From Chrysomallon squamiferum (Eukaryota > Animalia > Mollusca): a stretch of DNA of 64,000 bases. Position 1 is the stretch's first letter. Each line of letters begins with the position of its first letter. Where the stretch lies: NCBI GenBank assembly GCA_012295275.1, contig CM022673.1, forward strand, positions 14,446,001 to 14,510,000, in the 5' to 3' direction. Both the position numbers and the translations under genes were made by a program. Positions 27,674-39,354 of the stretch are shown in pieces. The notes below the pieces were generated by a model. That model saw only the letters and a list, made by a program, of their open reading frames with translations. It was not told the origin of the DNA and made no database searches.

Positions 27674-28493
27674 TGAAAAAATGAAATGTAAGAATAGTTA
27701 ATACAGTTACTGCAATAATTTAATTCAGTATTATTTGGTCTTTGTTTTGTAGGTATGAGAATTTTGTGTTAATTCTATCCAGAAATGCACCAAGTAAAAT
27801 ATACAAACCTCATTTAATGCCAGACTTGCTGAAGTATGTTTCACTGAAATAAATATATAAACAAATATCTTCAAAAACATTTATTTATTTATTTATTTAT
27901 TTTGAAAACTGTCTGAAAAGCGAAAAATCATTTTAAAAACTTTCAGTTATATCATTACCACTCTCTTTCTCTGTGTGTGTGTGTGTGTAGGTTTATATAA
28001 TTAACAACAAAAATATTTTTGTAAAGATTTATTTAACTTTTTTTTAACTTTTTATTTTTTGTTCTTACTTTTTAAATTTTGATCTCTTTAACAGATAAAT
28101 CAGCATAGTTTTTTTTTAGTGTTTTTTTTTTTTGGTGGGGGCAGGGTATTGTTTTTCACCCGATACCTGCTGTGTATTAAGACTTAGAACATTTAAGCTG
28201 CAGTTGTAAAAGGGCTCAATACTGCTGATGTGACAGCTAGGTTTGTCACTGACTCAGTAACTGTCACAAAGAGTCTGAACAGACTGGATCATGTAAGTAT
28301 ATTAGAAATTAGTTTGACCAAACTATTCATAATTATTCTTACTATGAATATGTAAAAGTCCAATAGATATATTTTGCATATCTGGAAACTGTTTAGTAAT
28401 TTCATCTGTAATAAGATGACATCCTCTCTTCTTTGACGAGACGGTAATTTCCTTTTGTAACCACACGGTTTCTCCTGCAACAATAGCAGACAT
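26081..28493 (-). CDS. yjbQ: UPF0047/YjbQ family protein (secondary thiamine-phosphate synthase family), 7 exons, 150 aa; possible 167-aa isoform starting at 28709
   Basis: Minus-strand exons 28493-28343, 27843-27809, 27565-27546, 27287-27248, 26968-26927, 26604-26487, 26127-26081 (453 nt). Translation MSAIVAGETVWLQKEITVSSKKRGCHLITDEI...[80 protein letters not shown]...GVQKK* contains the canonical HTSA, [11 protein letters not shown] and LGTWQGI motifs. Confidence 0.95.
26310..26490. repeat. ~40-45-bp minisatellite containing copies of the YjbQ penultimate-exon donor site
   Basis: tatttacctg (minus strand CAG|GTAAATA) at 26391, 26435 and the real donor at 26480. Decayed copies near 26318 and 26351. 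Confidence 0.8.
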
Positions 28494-29869
28494 GTTTATT
28501 ACAGTTATCTCCCCTTAATTATTAAATCCCTCCCATATTTCAGAAACACCTAATATCTGCTATCGCGATAGATCTATTTTTATATATATAACTTTTTAAA
28601 ACGAATTATTAACCTCATATGTTAGAGGAAAATGCATACTCGCTGCACTGACACATAATGACCGTTTTATAAAAAGCCACGATAATCTTTTACAACTACA
28701 GGCAGCCATTTTGTGCCTATCTTTTTTCTTTTTTTCTTTTCAAGTTGACTGCTCCCACACAAATGCTCACCAGCATAAACGAATTCTTTAATTGTGTGTG
28801 TTCGCTAGCATGCGTGTGAGTGCAGTCATTGTGTATTGTTTCCCGTTTCAACAAATCAATGTCTGTTTACCTGTTTTCAAAATTAAAAAGAAGTATAAAA
28901 CGATCTGTCACTGTTTAGCCAAAGGAGTACCAACAAACAATATTTTTTCAAACATTTCTCACCTGTTATTACACGTACACGCACACACGTGAATGTATCA
29001 AGCATTAATTTACCAAAATAATAGTAATAAATAAATAAATAAACAAATAAATAACTGATTATGTTCGAACTAATAATCATTAATGTTAATTAAATATATT
29101 TTACAAGCTACGTTTTATAAATGAAATAAACATCAACACAAAATATGAAACTACATTAAATCCTTTATTTTATGTTTTTCTTTTTCTTTTCTTTTATTTT
29201 ACTATTTTTTTTTTAAATTTATTTATTCTTAATATCATTTTTTTTATTTTTTTTTTTTTTTTTATATTCTAGGGTTAATGACATTTTAGATTTTAACGCA
29301 ATAACATTGACGACACTAGCAATAATTAATATTGTTTAAACATGATGTATTAAATTTGCATAAAAGAAAGAGTAGTGAAATTTTACAATTACGCAATTAA
29401 CATATCAAAGCACTGAATTAAATGATATGAAAATAGGAAAGGTAATAAATTAAGAATACACGATGGCCAAAAGAAAAACAACAGTGTTTAAAACTATCTA
29501 AAACCGTCACATTTAGAAAATTCTTTACATCGAAATCACTGTGTTACTATTCAGCTGATCTTAGATCACCTACTACAACATTAATAATCGTAATAATAAA
29601 ACACTAGGAACTTCAGTAATAACAACAACAACAATAATAATAATAATAGAAATAATGTGATGATATTAATGACAACAGGAAATAAGTAAATTAATACTTA
29701 TGTTACATATACAAATTTATATTTTATTATGTTCAAATAATAATTTTGACGACATACATAACTTGTAGAACAGATTAAAATAAATACAAATGTTATTTCC
29801 AATGGCAATACTTGTAGTAGTGATGTACAGAGAGGAATCATCAGCTGTTACTGAAACAGCGGTATTATC

Positions 29870-30880
29870 AAATTAATAGTTGTCTCTACTTGTACAACAT
29901 ACGTAGAATCAATAGGAGGGTAATCTTTAGTTTCATAGTTCAAATTAACAGTTATCTCTTCTTGTACAATAGACGTAGAATCAATAGCAGGGTAATCTTA
30001 GTTTCATAGTTCAAATTAACAGTTGTCTACTTGTACAACAGACGTAGAATCAATAGCAGGGTAATCTTTAATTTCATAGTTCAAATTAACAGTTCTATCT
30101 TGTACAACAGATGTAGAATCAATAGCAGTGTAATCTTTAGTTTCATAGTTCGTATTAACAGTTGTTACTGCTTGTGCAACTGATGTAGAATCAATAGCAG
30201 TGTAATCTTTAGTTTCATAGTTCGTATTAACAGTTATCTCTTCTTGTACAATAGATGTAGATTCAATAGTAGTGTAATCTTTAGTTTCATAGTTCGTATT
30301 AACAGTTATCTCTTCTTGTACAATAGACGTAGAATCAATAGCAGTGTAATCTTTAGTTTCATAGTTCGTATTAGCAATTATCTCTTCTTGTACAATAGAC
30401 GTAGAATCAATAGCAGTGTAATCTTTAGTTTCATAGTTCGTATTAACAGTTATCTTTTCTTGTACAATAGATGTAGATTCAATAGTAGTGTAATCTTTAG
30501 TTTCATAGTTCGTATTAACAGTTATCTCTTCTTGTACAATAGACGTAGAATCAATAGCAGTGTAATCTTTAGTTTCATAGTTCGTATTAGCAATTATCTC
30601 TTCTTGTACAATAGACGTAGAATCAATAGCAGTGTAATCTTTTGTTTCATAGTTCAAGTTGACAGCTGTTTCTTCTGGTAGAACAGACGTAGAATCAATA
30701 GCAGTGTAATCTTTAGTTTCATAGTTCAAGTTGACAGCTGTTTCTTCTTGTACAATACACGTAGAATCAATAGCAGTGTAATCTTTAGTTTCATAGTTAA
30801 AATTAACACTTGTCTCTCCTTATACAACAGATGTAGAATCAATAGCAGTGTAATCTTTAGTTTCATAGTTCAAGTTATCA
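29870..30880 (-). repeat. 72-bp (24-aa) mucin-like tandem array, copy A (~14 units)
   Basis: Minus-strand unit translates as NYETKDYTAIDSTSIVQEEITVNT. Open from 30819 to 30016, with a TAA at 30820-30822. Confidence 0.93.
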
Positions 30881-31189
30881 GTTTTTATTGGTTCCACAGG
30901 AGATCAAGAATCAACAGATGTGGGAGTTGTTATTTTCAGATATCGTTTTTAAGGTTGTCACTTCTAGTATTGATGTAGAATCAGCAGCAGTGAAGTGCAA
31001 GTCGGACTTCGTGTTAACGGTTCGCACTACAACAGAACATGCAGAATCTATAGCAGTGATTTATTAATACATTTCAGAATTATTATTTTATCATGATAAA
31101 TATCATTAAAAAAAATTAAATTTTAATTTAATTTAATTTTATTTTATTATATTCTAATTTATTTTCGTTGTCATAGCAACTGGTTTTTC

Positions 31190-31749
31190 TTACATTGGCG
31201 TGGTGGATGCTTGTCCTTTTGGTTGTGTTGGGAGCGATTCTAACACGAAGGGCTCACGTGTGACGGGGGTAGAAGTAACGTCACCTGATTAAAAATAGAA
31301 TAATAGATACATGTTTCTCATGTCAGACAGTCACATGCACAAACACACGCAATACCACACACACAGTGGTATACACGCACTGAAAAGCACTTACTCAGAC
31401 AAACCTATATATATCTGTATAAACACACACACACACACAAAGCACTCATGTATGTACTTAAACATATGTAAATACAAAAGCATAAACACACACACGTTTG
31501 AATATATCTTTTCGCACGTAAACAGACGCAAGTTCCATATCCATCCAAACGTACACATGGAGGACTTGACTGCATACGGTCGTGCACACATATGGTAACA
31601 CTCGCTTATTCAAGCAAACACACGGACGTTCATTCGCAACAAACACACGCATACACTCTTACATTTACTTTCATTAATACTAGCACGCACACGCAGGCAG
31701 ACACTCTCATTATACCCAACTTCGCACATGTACACGCACATACACATTC

Positions 31750-31787
<38 letters not shown>

Positions 31788-33336
31788 CACGTACGTCCAC
31801 AGATACATAAACACACGTTCATTCATACGCGCATAGGCGGTACACGCGCACACCCATCCTTTCATAAACACACACACACACACTTGCTCACGCCCAGTTA
31901 TTGCATGTACTGAAGGAAAACAACAGGATGATGTTGTAGATAATAAAAAACTGAACCTTTAGCCAGAAGGCCTTCGATAAAGGCCGGCCCCACCTGTAAC
32001 GCCCCCGAGTTTATCAGGTAAACAGCAGTTAGGAAGGTTTTCTGTCGAGATAGCGTGGGAGGAACTGTATACGTGACATCAAACACAATCTCAATTTCGC
32101 TGTAAACAACAACAATAAAAATTAAGAAAAAAAACAACAACAAAAATACATAGAGAAGAAGATAAAAATTCTAAAAATAGATACCATTATTAGTATTAGT
32201 ATTAGTTTTAGTATTAGTTATAGTAGTAATAATATTGTATTATAATTTCATTCAATAAAAACGGTAAAATTAGATACCATAAATTATTATTATTATTATT
32301 GTTTTTATTATCATTATTGTTATTGTTACTTTTATTATTGTTATTGTTATTATTACTATTATTTTTATTATTATTATTATTATATTTACTTACTTAAGTG
32401 ATCGGACTGTCATCATTTTAAAATTAGGCAACCTCGACATTCTTTGTAATAGCTTAAAAAAATTTTTAAAAAAAATTGTAGGCAAATTATTTATCACTAA
32501 CGTTTTACTCACTGGGATCTACTCATTAATGTTCTACTCACTGACAATGATAAGTATACTCAGTAATAAACTAATGCTTGATAAAAATGTGCTCACTGAT
32601 TATGTATTCACTGATCATTTAATCGTTGATGAATATTTTACTCGCGCATGATTTGCTCAGTGATGCTTTACTCACGTAAGATTTACTCATTAATGATTTA
32701 TTTCCTGATCGTTTACTCACTGATGATTATTACCAAGGATGATTTGCATATTGATGATTTATTCACAGATTTACTCATTGATGATCGATCATTTACTCTC
32801 GGATAACTTAGGCACTTGAGATTTACTCACAGAAAACGTAGTGATAATTTACTAACAAAAACTAGAGAGCAGTTCGAAAACGACGAAATTTAATTCTAAA
32901 TAATTCCGTTTGTTGTTATTATTATTACCATCATTATATAATAACAACAATAATAGTAATGATTATGATGATGATGATGACGATCATTATTGTTATTATT
33001 ATTATTTTTTCATCTGTACTAAAGATAATTTGAGTTACATACATGATTAAGATAATTTATTAGAAAAAAAGCTTTTCAAGTCGTTTTTTTTTTCGAACTT
33101 TAGACTGAGATAATTTTAGTTGTTTGGCAATGCTACATCACGAGTTACTGTTTTTACCGCCTTGTGCAGGTCGTCGTACAGCTTCGTGTACGCTGTGGAA
33201 AGTTTGTTGTCGTAGACTGGTATCCAGTGAAACAGCAGACTTATCACTCCCGTTGTGTTGTAGGGATCTTCATTTAATTTAGCTGCAAAATAGTAGTAAT
33301 AATAATAATTTTAACAATAACGTCATCAGTAACTTC

Positions 33337-33369
<33 letters not shown>

Positions 33370-33749
33370 AATAATAATAATAATTTCTTAATACACCGTT
33401 AGTTTTATATTATATTATCATTACAAAATCATATTTTATTTAATTACTTACATGAGTAGGTCACCCAGCCGTTGCTTGGTTCAACCAAGATATCGTGGTG
33501 TACGACGTCGTACACCCGGCAGTTCGACGTCATCTTATTGAAAGAAAATGTTTTGCAGTCAGTTTCTGCGGCACATTTCAAAGCGCATTCGATGCGGTCA
33601 ATGCCAGAAGTTGACGACTTGATGTGGTGCAGACCAACCATGTCAGAGTACATGACTTTTCGGCGGTATTCTGTTTGTGGTGAGCAGACCGATGGCTGTA
33701 ACTTAGCAGAAAAACACGGCAGCAACAGCAATACAAAAAACTGCATCAT
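31190..33749 (-). CDS. Uncharacterised secreted protein, copy A: signal peptide, PAN/apple domain, SEA-like domain, Ser/Thr/Pro tail (~239 aa)
   Basis: Exons 33749-33452, 33282-33158, 32452-32394, 32099-31957, 31284-31190, with phases 1,0,2,1 all matching (720 nt). Hydrophobic MMQFFVLLLLPCFSA; PAN cysteine pattern ECALKCAAETDCKTFSFNKMTSNCRVY...GWVTY; SEA-like WIPVYDNKLSTAYTKLYDDLHKALLQRMSRLPNF..TVRSLNEIEIVFDVTY. Domain calls are by pattern recognition, not HMM. Confidence 0.78.
32500..32860. repeat. Degenerate short-unit (~17-20 bp) repeat in intron 2 of the PAN-SEA gene (also ~38100-38430 and ~43790-44130)
   Basis: Recurring (gat)gatttactcact-like units. Confidence 0.7.
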
Positions 33750-34237
33750 GGATAAAACTTAGAACAAGAATGTTTGGGTTTTTTTTAATTTTTTCAGAGA
33801 TATCAAATGTTCCTTGCTCTACTACGATTTTGTGTGTAGATTAGACTTTGGTTTTTAGAGATATCGCGTTTGATATCACTTTTTTTTTTATAAGTGAACA
33901 AATTTGACAGGACACACATACAAAATTATGTTCTTCAAAGATAATACGTTTGGCAAAAATCTTCCTTGTTTTTCTTAGATTTTTTTTTCAAGTGTGAAAA
34001 TTGGACAGGAGACACATGCACACGTGTCGCAAACTGGTTCCTCTGATTCGTCTGCCAGTAATGAAGCGAATGAACCGAGAACAGACAGCAGGTCAACCGA
34101 CCATAGCGAGATCTGCCAACCTGAACTCAGGCTTGGCGATTTATCGACAAAACAACGTCACAAAATCCAGTCAGGGGACACATTAAAACGAAAGGGCAGA
34201 TTGCAAATTAATATATTGTTTAGATAGAGTGGGTAGC

Positions 34238-34244
34238 TTTTATA
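34238..34244 (-). promoter_or_regulatory. Candidate TATA box for the PAN-SEA gene (equivalents in copies B and C)
   Basis: TATAAAAG on the minus strand ~490 nt upstream of the ATG, just beyond a GC-richer block conserved in all three copies. TSS unknown. Confidence 0.3.
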
Positions 34245-34451
34245 GAATGCGGTATTTAGTGTAAGCGATGCCAAAACTAAAAGTGAAATGAATATTTGAA
34301 CTGTAAAACCTTCCACTCTCATTACCATTCGAATAAATAATTTGTCAAATAAATGTTGTTATTGCGAATAATGTAACTCTTGTTCCAGGAGATATAAACA
34401 ATTTTATTGCATTTTATTTATTCTTATTATCTTTAAGTCACAGCTAGAGAG

Positions 34452-34541
<90 letters not shown>

Positions 34542-34819
34542 AAATGCAGACGGAGGACAGTAAACTATATATATATAAATACACATACACACATACATAC
34601 GTACATACACACACACACACACACATGCATACATAGATACACAGTTTGAAGACTAAAGCATACTATTTGGTACAGTGCAACCTAAAATTGTGTAATCTCC
34701 CTTACACTGTATTCGTTATATCTCGGAGTCGACGAAGAATGAAAAATAGCTTGGTTTGAATTTTCTGTAACTAACAGATAAAATACTTGAAACGTTTTTC
34801 AAATACTTAAGAACACAGA

Positions 34820-34877
<58 letters not shown>

Positions 34878-35150
34878 GTCACAGTCGATATCATTTTACG
34901 CAGAGAGGTCAAGAATTAATTAAATGAGAGAGAGAGAGACACACACACACACACACAGTTAACCAGAATATAAATACTAGCCATTATGTTCAGGTCTAAC
35001 TATGTTAATCAGTCATGTGCAACCACTGTGCAGACGTCACCAACCATCAAGGATTAATTCTGCAACAAACGGATTACACTAATTACATCAGTGTGTATTT
35101 AAGCTACATGTGAGAGCAAGATCGAACTTAATGTCAAAAAGCTTATTTCA

Positions 35151-36470
35151 TTTAGTTTCATAGTTCGTATTAACAGTTGTCTCTTCTTGTACAACAGATG
35201 TAGAATCAATAGCAGTGTAATCTTTAGTTTCATAGTTCGTATTAACAGTTGATTTTTCTTGTACAACAGATGTAGAATCAATAGCAGTGTAATCTTTAGT
35301 TTCATAGTTCGTATTAACAGTTGACTTTTCTTGTACAACTGATGTAGAATCAACAGAAGCATAATCTTTAGTTTCATAGTTCGTATTAACAGTTGACTTT
35401 TCTTGTACAACTGATGTAGAATCAACAGCAGCGTAATCTTTAGTTTTATAGTTCAAATTAACAGTTGTCTATTCCTGTGCGACTGGTGTAGAATCAATAT
35501 CACCATAATGTTTAGTTTCATAGTTCAAATTAACAGTTGTCTCTTCTTGTGGAACAGATGTAGAATCAATAGCAGTGTAATCTTTAGTTTCATAGTTAAA
35601 ATTAACAGCTACCTCTTCTTCTACAATAGACGTAAAATCAATAGCAGTGTAATCTTTTGTTTAATAGTTCAAGTTGACAGCTGTTTCTTCTGGTACAACA
35701 GATGTAGAATCAATAGAAGCGTAATCTTTAGTTTCATAGTTCGTATTAGCAATTATCTCTTCTTGTACAATAGACATAGAATCAATAGCAGCTTAATCTT
35801 TAGTTTCATAGTTCGTATTAGCAATTATCTCTTCTTGTACAGTAGATGTAGAATCAATAGCAGTGTAATCTTTAGTTTCATAGCTCGAAGTAACAGTTAT
35901 CTCTTCTTGTACAATAGACATAGAATCAATAGAAGCGTAATCTTTGGTTCATAGTTAAAATTAACAGCTATCTCTTCTTGTTCAATAGACGAATATTAAT
36001 AGCATTGTAATCTTTAGTTTCATAGTTCGTATTCACAGTTATCTCTTCTTGTACAATAGACGTATAATCAATAGCAGTGTAATCTTCAGTTTCATAGTTC
36101 GAATTAACAGTTATCTCTTCTTGTGCAACTGATGTAGAATCAATAGCAGCGTAATCTTTAGTTTCATAGTTCGAAGTAACAGTTATCTCTTCTTGTACAA
36201 TAGAGGTAGAATCAATAGCACCGTAATGTTTAGTTTGATAGTTCGTATTAACAGTTGTCTCTTGTTGGACAACTGATGTACAATCAATAGCAGCGTAGTC
36301 TTTAGTTTCATAGTTCAAATTAACAGTTGTCTCTTCTTGTGCAACAGATGTAGAATCAATAGAAGCGTAATCTTTAGTTTCATAGTTCGTATTGAGAGTT
36401 ATCTCTTCGTGTACAACTGATGTACAATCAATAGAAGCGTATCTTTAGTTTCATAGTTCAAGTTATCAGT
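35151..36470 (-). repeat. 72-bp mucin-like tandem array, copy B (~18 units), with in-frame stops and frameshifts
   Basis: Same unit as copy A. TAG near 35469, TAA near 35793, frameshift near 35990. Truncated by the duplication junction at 35151. Confidence 0.93.
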
Positions 36471-36767
36471 TTTTATTGGTTCCACAACAGATGTGGGAGT
36501 TGTTATTTTCAGATATGAGTTTTAAGGTTGTCACTTCTAGTATTGATGTAGAATCATTAGCAGTGAAGTACAAGTCGTACTTCGTGTTAACGGTTCGCAC
36601 TACAACAGAACATGCAGAATCTATAGCAGTGATTTATTAATAGATTTCAGAATTATTATTTTATCATGATAAATATCCTATTCTAATTTATTTTCGTTGT
36701 CATAGCAACTCGTTTTTCTTACATTGGCGTGGTGGATGCTTATTGTTGTATTGGTGGTGAGGGGGGC

Positions 36768-37945
36768 TCACTCTGGCATGGGGGGCTCACTTGTGCCGAG
36801 GGTAGAAGAATCGTCACCTGATTAAAAATAAAATAGTAAATACATGTTCCTCATATGAGACAGTCACACGCATAGTCATAAGTAAATATGTAAAGTCTAC
36901 ACACGCAATACACAAACACAGGCAATACCACACACACAGTGGTTTACACGCACTGAAACTCACTTACTCAGACAAACTTGTAAATATGTGTATAAACACA
37001 CACACACACATACACAAAGCACATATGTATGTACTTAAACATATGTAAATACAAAAGCATAAACACACACACGTTTTAATATATTTTTTCACACGTAAAC
37101 ACACGCAAGTTCCATATCCATCCAAACGTACACATGGAGGACTTGACTGCATACGGTCGCGTACACATATGGTAACACTCGCTTATTCAAGCAAACACAC
37201 GTTCGTTCATTCGCAACAAACACACGCATACACTCTTACATTTACTTTCATCAATACTAGCACGCACACGCAGGCAGACACTCTCATTATACCCAACTTC
37301 GCACATGTACACGCACATACACATTCATCTACATACACACACACACACATCACGTACGTCCACAGATACATAAAATCACGTTCATTCATACGCGCATAGG
37401 CGGTACACGCGCACACCCATCCTTTCATAAACACACACACACACACACACTTGCTCACGCCCAGTTATTGCATGTACTAAAGGAAAACAACAGGATGATG
37501 TTGTAGAACATAAAAAACTGAACCTTTAGCCAGAAGGCCTTCGATAAAGGCCGGCCCCACCTGTAACGCCCCCGAGTTTATCAGGTAAACAGCAGTTAGG
37601 AAGGTTTTCTGTCGAGATAGCGTGGGAGGAACTGTATACGTGACATCAAACACAATCTCAGTTTCGCTGTAAACAACAACAATAAAAATTAAGAAAAAAC
37701 CCCAACAAAAATACATAGAGAAGAAGATAAAAATTGTAAAAATAGATACCATTGTTAGTATTAGTATTAGTACTAGTTTTAGTTTTAGTATTAGTTATAG
37801 TAGTAATAATATTGTATTATAATTTCATTCAATAAAAACGGTAAAATTAGATACCATAAATTATTATTATTATTATTGTTTTTATTATCATTATTGTTAT
37901 TGTTATTGTTATTGTTATTTTTATTATTGTTATTGTTATTATTAC

Positions 37946-37986
<41 letters not shown>

Positions 37987-38909
37987 TTACTTACTTAAGT
38001 GTTCGGATTGTCATCGTTTTAAATTTAGGCACCATCGACATTCTTTTTACGAGCTTAAAAATAAGAGAAAAAACATATTTCAAGGCAAATTATTTATCAC
38101 TAACGTTTTACTCACTGGGATCTACTCATTAATGTTCTACTCACTGACAATGATAAGTATACTCAGTAATAAACTAATGCTTGATAAAAATGTGCTCACT
38201 GATTATGTATTCACTGATTATTTAATCGTTCATGAATATTTTACTCGCGCATGATTTGCTCAGTGATGATTTATTTCCTGATCGTTTACTCACTGATGAT
38301 TATTACCAAGGATGATTTGCATATTGATGATTTATTCACAGATTTACTCACTGATGATCGATGATTTACTCTCGGATAATTTAGGCACTTGAGATTTACT
38401 CACAGAAAACGTAGTGATAATTTACTAACAAAAATTACAGAGCAGTTCGAAAACGACGAAATTTAATACTAAATAATTCCGTTTATTGTTATTATTATTA
38501 CCATCATTATATAATAACAACAATAATAGTAATGATTATGACGATCATGACGATCATTATTGTTATTATTATTATTTTTTTATCTGTACTAAAGATAATT
38601 TGAGTTACATACATGATTAAGATAATTTATTAGAAAAAAAGCTTTTCAAGTCGTTGTTTTTTTTCGAACTTTAGACTGAGATAATTTTAGTTGTTTGGCA
38701 ATGCTACATCACGAGTTACTGTTTTTACCGCCTTGTGCATGTCGTCGTACAGCGTCGTGTACGCTGTGGAAAGTTTGTTGTCGTAGACTGGTATCCAATG
38801 AAACAGCAGACTTATCACTCCCGTTGTGTTGTAGGGATCTTCATTTAATTTAGCTGCAAAATAGTAATAATAATAATGATTTTAACAATAACATCATCAG
38901 TAACTTCAA

Positions 38910-38961
<52 letters not shown>

Positions 38962-39354
38962 AATAATAATAATAATAATAATAATAATTTCTTAATACAC
39001 CGTTAGTTTTATCATTATATTATCATTACAAAATCATATTTTATTTAATTACTTACATGAGTAGGTCACCCAGCCGTTGCTTGGTTCAACCAAGATATCG
39101 TGGTGTACGACGTCGTACACCCGGCAGTTCGACGTCATCTTATTGAAAGAAAATGTTTTGCAGTCAGTTTCTGCGGCACATTTCAAAGCGCATTCGATGC
39201 GGTCAATGCCAGAAGTTGACGACTTGATGTGGTGCAGACCAACCATGTCAGAGTACATGACTTTTCGGCGGTATTCTGTTTGTGGTGAGCAGACCGATGG
39301 CTGTAACTTAGCAGAAAAACACGGCAGCAACAGCAATACAAAAAACTGCATCAT
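36768..39354 (-). CDS. PAN-SEA secreted protein, copy B (~224 aa; earlier stop in last exon)
   Basis: Exons 39354-39057, 38853-38729, 38053-37995, 37666-37524, 36817-36768. The last exon reads GDDSSTLGTSEPPMPE* because of a local rearrangement. Confidence 0.7.

Noticed and set aside
28614-28709. Alternative YjbQ first exon ending at GAG|gttaat (28614)
   Set aside because: This phase-0 donor has no good in-frame acceptor. The phase-1 donor at 28640 fits instead.
33472-33762. 96-aa plus-strand ORF (and its copies)
   Set aside because: Antisense shadow of the PAN exon.
33994-34227. 77-aa plus-strand ORF repeated in all three units (also 39599 and 45344)
   Set aside because: GTG start and no recognisable motif. 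Conservation is explained by the recent duplication. More likely the 5' UTR or promoter of the minus-strand gene.
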